Below are positions 36,879-49,089 of a DNA stretch of 64,000 bases, one piece after another. The notes under the pieces were generated by a model, which saw only the letters and a list, made by a program, of their open reading frames with translations, was not told the DNA's origin and did no database searches. Within the stretch, counting starts at the first letter, position 1. Every line of letters begins with the position of its first letter. Made by a program: the position numbers and the translations under genes. The stretch comes from Vicugna vicugna (taxonomy: Eukaryota): positions 1,606,545 through 1,670,544 of the forward strand of contig MU057416.1 in NCBI GenBank assembly GCA_013265495.1, written 5' to 3'.

Positions 36879-37471
36879 GTAAGCACACCTGCCTGACAGA
36901 AGTGACAACAGAGTGAACTGGCGGGAGGTCACTGCTTTGTCGGCTCAGAGGACACGTTGCTCGTGAAGGGTCTGTAACCGTGTTCTCACTGTTAGAGTGT
37001 GTCCCTTTCAAGTGCGAATCTGAAGGACTGCAGATTTCGCTAAAGGCTAGGGACAGATTTCAAATGGTACCGTAAAGCTACAAATCATTTTCGTGCCCGG
37101 AGTCACTCACTCATGTTGCAAAATGTAGGTAACATAATTTGCCTTTTAAAAACGAAGCTGTGTTGCAGAGGAGGTTGTCAGTGCTGGTGTGAGCGATGGA
37201 GACAGTTGAGAAGATCAGCGGATGCTCGGGTCTCAGGCTTCCCGCAGGACTGTGCTGGCTGTGCCAGCCACGCAGGGCCAGCGGCCTCCGGGCTCGGTTG
37301 TCAGCACGCGGGTCTAGCGCAGCGTGCTGTGCTTCTGTGGGGGCGGCTCGTTTCGGCCGCTAGGGGTTGCGTTGTGAGCTCCGTGCCCTACAGCTGATGA
37401 GGCGCGACCCAGTGGCGCAAGTCGACTCCATTGCGGTTGCTGAGTCTCTGCTTCTGTCCCTCGTCCTGCAG

Positions 37472-37777
37472 GAGATGGAGAAGTCGGACGCCAACAACTT
37501 CCTGATCTTGTTCCGGGACTCGGGCTGCCAGTTCAGGTCTCTGTACACGTACTGCCCGGAGACTGAGGACATTAGCAAGCTGACTGGGATAGGCCCCAGG
37601 GCGATCACTAAGAAGATGATCGAGGGACTTTACAAATACAACTCCGACAGGAAGCAGTTTAGCCACATACCTGCTAAAACCTTATCCGCCAGTGTCGACG
37701 CGATCACCATCCACAGCCACTTATGGCAGGCCAGGAGGCCTGTGACCCCCAAAAAACTCTTACCCGCAAAAGCGTAG
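37472..37777 (+). CDS. CAMSAP2: CAMSAP2 terminal coding exon, CKK domain to TAG stop
   Basis: cctgcag acceptor; EMEKSDANNFLILFRDSGCQFRSLY...KKLLPAKA*. Confidence 0.97.
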   Translation, partial: EMEKSDANNFLILFRDSGCQFRSLYTYCPETEDISKLTGIGPRAITKKMIEGLYKYNSDRKQFSHIPAKTLSASVDAITIHSHLWQARRPVTPKKLLPAKA

Positions 37778-40350
37778 GGGCTGGGGGTGCTCGCTTCAGA
37801 CACTTGTGGTAAGTTTGCACGTCATCTTTCCTGCCTGTAGAAGCCTTTCTGGTTGCCAGCAGACCTTTAGTAATTGGACTGCACATTCAGCTCTGTGGTC
37901 GTGACAACTGAAATGTAGCCCGGTGTCTGGAGTGGGAGCGGGTGACGGAGAGGCGTTTGGACGCGCGGTGGAGGCTGTGTCGCCGGGTCCTCCTGGTGGT
38001 GTGCCCGGCGCTGAAGCGCTGAGTTCTCACGGACACGACTTGGACCCAGGATTGAAGTACGGCTGAGATTGTGAATTACGTGTCTTACTTGTTGCTTCTG
38101 TTTTCACCTTTCTGATGTGTGTGCTCGTCTGCGGGCACTTTGTTTCACTGTTTCCTCCCCTGGGCGTTTGCTCTGAGGTCCTTGGTGTCTGGTTTCACGA
38201 TCAGGAGAGTAGGAAGCAGGCCCTCGGAGTCACGCGCACCTTCCCGCGAGGCTGCGAGGAACACTAGTGTTGAGTTTTACAGTGACCCTCATGTTTTGAT
38301 GGTGTTAGAGTATTTGCAAGAATTGCTCTGCTCAGTATTTACAATCCTGTATTTATTATTCACTCAAGTATTAACGTTTCTCCATTGGGTAAGAGGAGGA
38401 CTTGTGAGGAGAGAGCTGCTATAGGGTCGCTGAAGCCACGTGAGCTTAACGCAGGACATGCTGACCGACGTTGCTGATTAAATCAGTGCTGGTCTCACAC
38501 CACTTCTGGCCAACTCAGAATAGGTTAGATTGTTCTTTTAACAAAAAGGCTTTCTATCTCTTTTAAAGTCTGTCACTTTATAAGCTGGCAGAAGTGGATG
38601 GCACTTTGAGAGAAGTCTCTGAGTCTGAGGATGGGAGACTTCCTGCCGCAAGTTCTCAAGAGGTCTTTACATTATATTTATAACTGATATAAAAATTATA
38701 TTTAGAATTTTTAAACATGTACAAAGGGCTACATTTTAATTTTAAAATAGCTTCACCTTATTTTACTTACATTGAGTTTTTCTTCCTTTTTATTCTTCTC
38801 AAGTGGGACGGCTTGGATTTACGTCCATGCTTGAACCCTTCTCTACGTGATCTTTAACCGTGTGTACCAGAGGGCTAGTGGGGGACCTTCATTCTCAGGA
38901 AAAGACTTGAATGATGCTTGGCCCTGTCATGTTTCAGTGTTGTGGTGGCTGTGTAGCTAGAGGGGAGGACAGCGTTGTACCTGTACGAGGTGCGTGGTTG
39001 GCTTTCTTTCACGGGAAGTAGAGACTGAAATAGACCCATTTCTCTAATGAGTTGTCTGGAGAAAGGACTAGTATCTCGTATGATGTATTTACTTATTTTT
39101 AAAGAAGTAGGAGTGAGATGTCGCTGAGCTGCACTTTCCTGTTCCTATGAGGCCATGAGGCATCAGTGCATCTGGGTTACCGACATTTTCTCAAGTGTTG
39201 TCAATATTTTACTGTAATTTATGTTCTTATATTTATGTATATTTGTTTAAACTGTAAAAAAATTTTCACAGATTTTTTTCCAATTCCTGTGCAAGATACA
39301 TGTGTAGCTCAAAACTATTTGTGATCTACTGTTTGCATGTAGGAGACCAGGATATGTAACTCTTATATTTTAAGTGTATACATACTGTGTATATAATGTA
39401 TGAAGATTAAAAATGGGGAATTGCACATTTTACCTTTCAGACAACAGTTTCTATCACAGGAAACGATTTTCAAAAACATGTTTAGATTGACTGAAAAAAA
39501 GTAAGTGAATCTAAACAAAATGTGGTGAAAGTCAAAAGGAGAATTAAGAAGCGTTTTACGTTACTAAATTTGTTCTTTTCAGTCACTTAAATTTCCCTTA
39601 CCTAAAGCAATCATTGTGATGTTACTTGGCCATTAAATTTTTAAAAATTGGATGCAAGACAATGGAGGAAGTAATTAAAACCAGTCAGGACCACGCTTTA
39701 TCCTTAAACGTGTGTGTGTCCCAACAGGTAGGACGTGAACATCGCACGGAAGTCCCTGCTCTCAGTGTAATGTTTCACTCTACTAATGCAGGAAGAATAC
39801 GGACAGTTATTTAAGTCTGCAGATTCTTTTCTATTATGGGGCAGCTTTTTAAAAATTATGTTTTAAAAATTATACCAATGAAAATTATGCTATTTCGTAA
39901 AGTCTGGAGAGTTTCATTGAAACCCACTGGTGCTTCTCATCATTGGAGGTCAAATTCTTAGGATAATCATTCAGTTCAGTTTGCCGAACGCTCGTCATGG
40001 TTACCGGTGCAGCTGTCGAAGTCTGCTGCTTGACACAGCTGGGGAAAGCTTTTAATTCCTCTCAGCTTTTCGGTTTTGTTTTAGAAAGACTGTTACAGTT
40101 TTTATGTGGCTGTTGAAAGCCGAATTCAGCTTCCAGATGGTGGCTTCATGGACACTTCGGGCAGCGTGCGGCCTGCGGAGTGTGCCCCTGTCCGCTCGAG
40201 AGCACTGCTGGCAGGCTTGGTTGAGATGCTGTAAATTGGGTCGTGTCTGCTGCTTCCTGGTACCATGTAGCTTTCCCCTTTCGTTTGAATAAAAGCATGG
40301 CAGCCAGTGACTCCTGTCTGTTTCTTGAATAAAACATGTTTCTTGTTACT
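37778..40350 (+). other. CAMSAP2: CAMSAP2 3' UTR (end approximate)
   Basis: AU-rich blocks and no obvious repeats between the stop codon and the tandem AATAAA signals. Confidence 0.75.
40288..40333 (+). terminator. Tandem polyadenylation signals AATAAA (40288-40293 and 40328-40333)
   Basis: two canonical hexamers followed by U/GU-rich sequence (tgtttcttgtt). Confidence 0.75.
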
Positions 40351-43300
40351 TCATTTGAGCTTGGGCAAACTCATCGTATGGTCTTCCTTTCTCTGAAGCT
40401 GTGTTTAAGTTGGACGCTTTGGATACAAGTCATGAGAGTAACGAGCATGCGCTGTCGTCTGAGCCCGGCCTCGGGTGGCATTGGTGGCAAGCGCGTTGCT
40501 CTGTGCCGAGCTCACACGGCCTGCACCGCGGAGTGGACGCTGCGCTCGCCTCGCGTCCATGTGACCTCCCTGCCTTCTGGTGAATCACCAGATACGGCCC
40601 GCCGTGTTGGCGTCCACCCTCTGTGCCCTGACCCTGAGTGGCCGCACAGCCCACGGTGGTGGCCACGGAAGCCAGTTCTCGGCTATCACTCTGGACGGTT
40701 CACTCTGATTTTGCTGATTCGCCTCGTTCAGACCAGAGCAATAAGAAAGGATCAAAAAACAGTTTAACAACAAAGGAAATCCTCACACGTGACCCTGTGT
40801 CTGAAGAGAGAGCTGTAGGTGCCAGCCAGGTGTGTTGCCGCCTGCGGGTCCTGGGAGGGGCTGGGCTCCGGCCACGTGGGGCTCCCGCTCTCCTTTCTCA
40901 GACCTATAACTTCAGCCTCAGGGTGTGAACCGGGAGGCTCAGGCAGAACCAGAGACAGACCCAGACCGCAGGGCCCTGCGGGGCACCCTGTGCGGGAGCG
41001 TGCGCCTGGCTGGGGACTATAGGCCTTCATGGGGCGGGGGGACAGAGGCCCGTGTCCCCGCCCGTCTGCATGGAGCGACAGTGGCAGAGGAGCTTTGCCC
41101 GGGGACCCAGGCGGTGGGAGGACACCTCATCATCCCTCAGCAGCCTGGAAAAAGCCCGTCTCCAGCTTCTCGAGGTGGCACTTCTGCTTTTAAGAGAAAC
41201 AAGTGAGAGAGTTACTTGGGTCGTTCGGATGGTTTGTGAGAGCGGCTCGCCACGCCGGGGGTCTGCCAGCGACCCCGGTTCCCAGTCCAGATGCCCCGAC
41301 GACAAGGTCTCCTGGATGTGTTCAGCAACACTGTGACATTTGTCAATAAGCCACCTCCATCCACAGTGGCTTATATTTACCTCAGAAAGAAAAAAATGAC
41401 TTCCATTGAAGAGGATAAAAGCAATTGAGTTAAATAAATGTTCAAAGTCCCACTAAGGTTTTTTTGCTTTTGTCCTTGTTTTTGTTTTAAACCCGTTACG
41501 CAAGGCGGTGCGCTGCCGCAACTCCGGCAGTCTCTTGTTCTGCGCCCCCCACCCCACCCCGCTCCCCGGGCTGTTACTTTCGGTGTGACAGCACTCTCCC
41601 TTAGAAGCATCTCGGGGCTACAGACACTCCGGGCAGCCGGCGTGTGTGGCTGACAGTTAGGTCCAACTGCGCGGTCCTGGTCCCCCCACCAGTGATTCGT
41701 GCTCCGGGATTTGCACGTCTACAGGAGGAAGGAACGTGGCTCTCAACCCTGAAACAAATGGAAACCACCAACTTCAGCATCGCCTCATGATGTAGGAGGT
41801 CTTTGTACTCGCTCCCTGCGGGGAGCTGAGCAGGAGCGTCTCCATCCACAGGCCTTAAAAAGTCGGTCACAGTGTCCAGGGGCCCAGAGCTGGGGAGGGC
41901 CGGCAGCATGGCCGGAGCGTGAGCCCCTGGATTCCAAACCCCCTTCCCTGGGCCCCACGGTGGAGAGACTGAGTCTGACAGGTGCTCTGGGTGGGAACGC
42001 AGGCTCCGTGGACAGAGACGCACGTGCAGCCGGAGTGGACTTGCTTGTCTTCCCCGGGACTCGAGCCAGCAGCACAGCCTCAGCCCGAGCCCGACAGGGG
42101 GTCCTGCACCTGGAACATGTGGGTTCACAAAGATGGGAAGTGGGGGCTGTGGATGTACTGAGAAGAAACCGATCCTGCTCACCGTTGCTTAAAGGTATCG
42201 AGGAAGCAGCCACCGGGTGCAAGGGTCGCAGCAGCAGGGCCCGTTCCATCCAGGAGCCCAGCTGTGTCGAGGCGGGTGCGGCCAGACCCGTGAGCCGGCT
42301 GATGGTCTGCGCCGCGAGGGCCGTGCGGACCGAGGGGGCGTGGAGGCGAGCCCTCTTCTGCTGCGCCGAGCAAGATCAGTCTTAGGGCCGACCTCGTGAG
42401 GAACACGAGACTAAGCCCCGTGCGCAGGGGGAGGGAGCCACATGCTACTTTTGCTCACACCTGGATTTTGAGTTGGAGAGACGTCAGTCACGGCGATCAG
42501 CAAAGGCGCGTCTGCAAACTGCGTCATCCTGACTTCCACGCGGGGAGCACACGGACGTGTCTGGACACTGGAAGATCGTGCTTGGATTCTTTATTCTTAA
42601 TTGGTGCCTGAACACAATCGTGTTCAATTAATATTTGCCAAATGTATGCGTGAAAGGAGGGCTGCCTAGTCCTGTTCCAAATTCCAAAATCAGACCCAGG
42701 CTCGGCCTGGCTTCTGCTGAGCACCCTCTACTTCCTACTTTTGATACTTCTGCCCTCAAATTATGAACCCCGAGTTGGCGTCCTGGTCTGACCCCGTCAG
42801 GTTCACACACGCTCCATGGGCCGCGGGGGCAGCTCCCTGGACCCAGAATCCCAAGCTGCCAGTCCCTGTGACGGTGAGGCCCCAAGCCCCTTCCTCCCTT
42901 CTCTCCCCCATGAGCGAGGGGCCATCTCAAGGCTCCGCCCTCCTTTGGGCATCTGCGTGGACGGCTCCCCGCACTGCCTGCATCTCAGCCCCGGAGGCTC
43001 CTGACTCCACTGTGTGTCTAGCCGTCATCCCGGCCTTTCCCCAGGGGGCTGGCGCCACTCTCTGCTCAGCCTGCTGGAAACCCACGCCCTCCCGGCACCC
43101 TTTGAACCACCAAGGCCGAAACCTTCGAGGGTACCTGGTCCTCCTCTGTGCAGAGACCCGTCCGGTGTGCACCTCTTCCCAGTTCCTGCCGGGGTCTCCA
43201 GGGCGCCTCTCCCACAGTGGGACTCATCGTCCCTGACGTAGTGCGCCGTCCCCGCCAGTCACACAGCCCGGTGCCACCTCGTCGCAGCCCTGCCGTGGGC

Positions 43301-43454
43301 ACCCAGCCCTCCGGCCGCCACGGACTCTCCAGCAGGGTCAGAGCTTCAGGCAGGGGAATACCCAACAGACAGCAAAACTAAGAAAGGCTGGTGTTTCAGG
43401 ACAACTCATCGGCGTAGCCGTGACAACGACCCAGCCGTAAGGACGCTCCCCTGC

Positions 43455-43700
43455 TTGTTTTGTTTCTTTGTTTTAAATTGAAGTCTAGTCCGTTTAGGAT
43501 GTTGTGTCAGTTTCTGGTGCACAGCACGCCGTCCAGTCATCCATATACAGACATATGTCCGGTGTGTCTTTTCGGCTTCTGTGTTTGAGTGCAGAGGGTG
43601 TCCAGGTGACTGACTGTCACCTCCCCAGCGCTGGGGCCGCCAGCGGACCATGCGCTGTTTATCACGTTGCCCCCGGACACGGACCGCTCCTGGGAAGGCA
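43455..43700 (-). mobile_element. L1 3'-end fragment (same family as 9.9, 14.0 and 21.7 kb)
   Basis: ttgaagtctagtccgtttaggatgttgtgtcagtttctggtgcacagcac. Confidence 0.7.
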
Positions 43701-44540
43701 GGCCTGTGCCGACCCTCCCCCGGGGCAGGACAGCAGGTCAGGGGTGGGGGCTGCCTGCCTGTCGTCTCTCCTTGTTTGTTACCTGGCGTCCCCTCCCCCG
43801 CCGCAGAGGGAGTGATGCCCTTTCCTGCTGCTAATAACTAGAAACGTGCACGACTTTCCCACACTAGCTTTCTGTGAAATCACTGAAAAAGAATGGCAGG
43901 TCCTGGTTCAAAAGCTCGTGTGGGCAGAGGAGTCACTGCTGAGAGCTGTCACTTCCTCCCAGAGTCTGGGGCCGTTTTCCTGCTGAGGGACTTCCCTGCC
44001 GCTTGTCTGTACGGTTTCTGAAGCATCTGCGTTGACCTCGGGATGGAGGCCCCGGGATGGAGGCCCCGGGATGGAGGGGATGGGAGTCTCACTTTCCTTG
44101 AAAGCCGCCCTCTGCCCCTCGCCCTCCGTTCCCAGGGTTGCCGGGAGGCCAGGCCCCAAGACGGCGCCCAGCCCCGGCCGCAGCCTTTCGCTCTGAGTCA
44201 CCACAGCCCGAACGCTGCTCTGGCCCAGGTGGTGCCTTTCCCAGCCTCCCCGCTTCAGTCCCTGAAGGTTTCCGAAAAAGCTGAGCATCTGAAACACACC
44301 ACTCAGCCCCTGGCACCCAGGGTGGGGCCCTGTCCCTGGTGTGTGCCCACCACCCTTGGGTGCAGAGGCTGCAGGGCAGGGACAGAGCCACTGTCACCTC
44401 CCTGCCTTCCGCAGGCACACGTGTGCACACGCAGGACGCAGGGGTGTGGTCTGTGAAAACCCACCCTGGCAGCCAGGCAGCGGCGGAGAGCAAATCAAGG
44501 CCCCCATTCCCGGCCCCCTACGCATCACCACAGGGGCCGT

Positions 44541-44655
44541 GGGGGGAGGGTGGAGCTTGGTGGAGCGTGTGCTCAGCATGTGTAAGGTCCTGGGTTCGGT
44601 CCCCAGCACCTCCATTACATAAATAAATAAACCTAATTAATCCCCCCATAAAACA
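44541..44655 (+). mobile_element. tRNA-derived SINE (camelid-type, degenerate)
   Basis: gagcgtgtgctcagcatgtgtaaggtcctgggttcggtccccagcacctcc...aaacctaatta. Confidence 0.85.
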
Positions 44656-47600
44656 GACGGGGCTGTGGGCCCCCGGGAGAGGCTTTGCATGGTCTTCCTC
44701 CCGCAGGGGCAGCGAAATACCATCCGTCTGTGCCTCAGCCCAGAAGACCCCTCAGCCAGTGGGACACAGCACCCCTGTGACAGCAGGCCTGGTGACGTGC
44801 GGTGGCCTAGTCTGGACACCCCCTAGATGGGGGTGATCTCTGTAGAGTCCCAGTGCGATTGCAAACCATCGCCCTCCTCCCACGACGGGCACAGGAAGCA
44901 CCGTGTCCTGGGTGTGTATGTCGGGAGGGGTCATTAGAGTCTGGAAGCTTCTTGGGGGGGCGTGTCCCCTGGACCCAGTCCCCACTGTCTAACAGGACCC
45001 TCTCCACACCCATTCAGGGAGACACTCTCACATCCATTCTAAGTGTGGAAACTAGCACCACAACACACAACCGTCAGGTTATGAAATTGAGGTGGAAGCC
45101 TCTCGCGGTGGCAACCAACCTGTTTCTTCAGAAGCAGACACCCTGACCCGGTGTGTGAGGCGTCAGGGACGTGACAAATTCCACGTCTTGACACAGAGAG
45201 CCAGCTTTTTAATTTATTAAAATATTTGTTAAAATACTTTTAATTTAATAGTGTTGGGAAGGTTCACTAGAAATTTGAAAAAAATTACACTCTTTAAGTG
45301 GAAGAAAAAAGATGATACAAATTATTTTTTAACAAGACTAGAATGTTTTTGGATCATCAAAGAGAAAGTAACATTTTGAACTCTGAAATTGCTAAGAGCA
45401 ATACATTCAAACTTAGGAAAACGTAGAACAAAAAATCAAAGACAGCTACAAAGAAAAGACTAGAAAAATACTGGAACCAAATGGGACAATGATTTATCCT
45501 GAAAAAATAGTTCACACAAATTAATAAATACAAAAGATTATAATAGATAAATGTCTGAAGGACGTGCTTCGGCAGTTCACGTAAGAGGAATTATATTTGG
45601 AAAGACGGTCATTCTTACTGTAGTCAAAGAAATGTAAATTAAATTGAGGTCGCCTTTTACCTCTTTGCCTAGTGAAGTGGAAAAATACATTTTACTGATG
45701 AATGTCTCGAACCGTGTTGCGCTGATCCCATGCCCTCCCGCAAGGCCACGTAATTCCTGGTCACTGAGCATTGGTATCAAGCCCTGAAAACGTTCACAGC
45801 CTCTGACCCTCGTGGGGGCACTTGTGGATGGAAACACTGTGAAAGAAGAAAAAGTCCTCAGTGCAGTTATTTATGATAAATTTCTACAACAGCAAAAAAT
45901 ACTGCAAGCAACCTCCAATGTCCAAGATTAAGGGACTGGAAAATTAAGCAACATAGAAAAACGTGGATTCGCATGACACTGAGAAAAGCAAACTATAAAA
46001 CCATACCTTCAGATTACAGACGTGACTGAACAGCAGTGTGAAAAACATGGGTGTGGACAGTGTCTGCCGTGGAATGTTGACAAAACAGAAAGCCAAGAAC
46101 AAAGGGATTACGCGTGGATACTCTGCTTTTGAAAATGTCCTTCACGGGCTGGAAGGAATGTCCCCAGGATGCTGTGCTGTGGGACCAGGCCTGGGACGAC
46201 CTTCCTTACTCCAAATTCTTCAATGTGGCGTTTAGGATGAAAGAGGCAAGATAATTTTCAAAAATTTTCCCAGAAGTTTCAGATGATTATTTGTACAGAA
46301 AATTAAAATTGGTAAGGGGTTGCGGGGGGGGTTAAGAGCTTAAATATGTAGCCCACAAAGGGAAAGAAGAACATAAACCCACTCCCAGAAGCCATCGAGA
46401 GCAAAGCCCTGGCCGTGTATTTGTTAAGTGTCTCCTCTGACCTCAGGCTTGAACCCCCCTCACCCCACGGTCAAGGCAAGGCTGCCGCTGCCCAGGGCTC
46501 CGGCCAGACAGAGCGGGGCTGCTGGGGCGGGGCCCAGAGCAGTGGGGAGACAGGCCACTTGCACTGTGCGGCCGTCAGCAGTGGCCAGGGGTCTCAGCCG
46601 CCGGGCGACTGCTTCCACTAGCCACTTACTGTTCCATTCATTGATTCTAAGCCTGTGGGGGGTCCCCTGAGGGGAGAAGGGAGAACCTTGTCCTGGAGTT
46701 GGCCTTGGTCACTGAAGCCAGGCTGAACCCTGGGGAGGCCGGGCTCAGAGCGGTGTCCCCAGCTCTGGCCCGTGCTGCCTCCCACCACCCAGACACCTGC
46801 AGAAAGGCCCGCAGCCAGGGCTGGCAGAGAGAGTCTGCCATGTGCTCGGGACCGCAGACTTCCCCGGGGGCAAGGCCACAGCCCCAGGAAGCAAGATTCT
46901 CTGGTTTTAATAAACAACCCACTTCTACTTCCCCTCCCCCCTCGCCCCTCGCAGTCCCCTCGCCCCATTCTCCTCTGTCACCTGGCGGTAGCTTTCAGAA
47001 CCCCTGGGGCTCTCTGTGCCCCCGGGGGAGGTGCAGTCCGGAGGCACAGGGCCTTTTCCTGACGGTCTCTCCAGGCTCCTGCCGCCTCTGCAGGCCTTGG
47101 AGGGAAGGAGGCTGCAGCCCCAGGCCTCCCAGGGTGTGCCGGCCCTCACCAGCAGCCACGTGGTCTGACATCAGAACCAAGGCCTGGAGTCTCCAGCAGC
47201 CCCTCTGGGTGGGTGGGGCAGGGACTCCCGGCCTGGGAGCCGGACCGGAGGAGGGTGGGGCCGGAAACCACCCCCCAACCCTGCCCGCCGCCTTTCCCCT
47301 CCTGCCTTCCCTGACTTGTAACTGGCCCAGGAGAGAACTTCCCGACAGGACCGGTGTGGACACACTTGCCCACCTCTCCTAAAGCTTGTCTACTCCCTGG
47401 CGCTCCACGGACCAGAGTGGCCACAGCTAGGGTGACCTTCGGTCTCAGTTTGCCCAGAACAGGCCAGGTTTATGGCCCAGGTCACTTACGATGTGACCTC
47501 TTTTGTTCTCAGAAATGCCTTGGTTTGGGTCATGAATTATCTCATCACCTGACCTCAAATCAACCTGGAACAGAGCATAGCCCTCCCTGGTCCCCACCTC

Positions 47601-49089
47601 AGGGAACCCACAGCACCCACGCCATCCCCGCCAGCCACCCAGGCCCATCGGACTCCTGTCTGCTGAAACCCTGGATGCCACCTTCTGTCTCGAAGGGTCC
47701 TCTCCTCTCCACCCCACTGCCAGTCATCCCTGTCCAACCCCACCCCCAGCCCAACAATGGCAGCAGCCCACGGTGGGGTCCCCCCAGCTGGAGCCTCTCC
47801 CCTCCATCCATAGTTCCCCACTGACCTGCTCAAAGCAGACTGGCAGCGTCCCCTCCTCAAAATGCCTGGTGGCTACAGACACCCAAGTCCCCCGCTGTTT
47901 CCCCTGCATCCTCCCCTTCCTCTCCGCCTCCCACCTGGGCTCTGCTGCTCAAATTCACACTTCAGCTCCTTTCTGGAAAACTGCATCTCTGGGAAAGATT
48001 TCTGACTCACTCTCCCATCAGAAGTTGCTCCCTCTGAGCTCCGGCAGATTTCGTTCACACTCACTACAGAAGCCTGACGTCCAGCCTGCCAGCCACTGCA
48101 TGTCCCGCACGTATACCTGTCTCCTGAGCCTGAGCAAGAACCTGCCAAGTTCACGCACGGCATCTCTTGCGATGCCCCAAACAGTGCCTGCCGCAGGGAG
48201 GAACTCACTGTAATGGGACTGAACTGAATAAAATGGATAAATAATCCACTTCAAATCTTTTAACACCAGATTGCCCAAAGGTCATTCACTCCTGGGGAGG
48301 ATGGCAGAAGAGGCGGCGGTGGAGGCGGGGGTGGGGTCGGGGCACACACTGTCACATCAGGTCCAACACAGGAGCTCCGGGCAGGGTGTCTGCTGAGGAG
48401 ACTGGATCTAACTGGAGATGCTCAGTGTCCCTGCTGCACCCCGTCTCCCAGCCTCTCCCCAGCCCCACTGCCCGCTTCATGGCCAGGCGTCTCCTACCTT
48501 CTCCACGAATCCCTCCCTGGCTCCTTCAGTCCACAGAGGACCTCGCCCGCCTTCTAGGCTCCTGACTCCTGATTTAGGGCAACGAATCTGGTGCTGAGTC
48601 AGGTACCATCTGTGTCCTCCCCGGCACTGAGCTCACCTGTGTTTGGCTTACTTCGTTGGTGTTGCCGGATGGAGGGACGTGGGGAAGAGCTGGGACTTGA
48701 ATTCCAGGCTCTGCACCTGTCATCTGGCCAGCCTGACCACATTGCTCCCTCTCCAGTAAAGCCTCCTGTGTGGCTCCATGATTTAGTTAAAAAAGCCTCT
48801 GTTAAGACATTTAGCCCAGTATTTCGGGGGAGGCTAACACCACTTGAGAGCCTGGTGGCCAATCCTTGACCTATGCAGGCCCCCAAGGGCAGGCTGCCCC
48901 GACCCCGACGGGCTGTGCCCAGGTGGTAGGGCCCCTCTCTCTCAGCCCTGGTCACAGAGACAGGCAGCAGCGGGGAGCAGCGGGAGATGAGGACGGACTG
49001 GGGCTGTGGGCGCTCACCGCCTTCTGCCAGCAGCCATCAGACCCCTGAGAGAGTCCACGTTCTTGGTTCATAAACAAAGAAACCCAGCG

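Noticed and set aside
40400..48900. Numerous 60-230 aa ORFs between CAMSAP2 and GPR25 and downstream of GPR25
   Set aside because: No recognisable domains or consistent exon chain; consistent with GC-rich intergenic DNA and decayed repeats.
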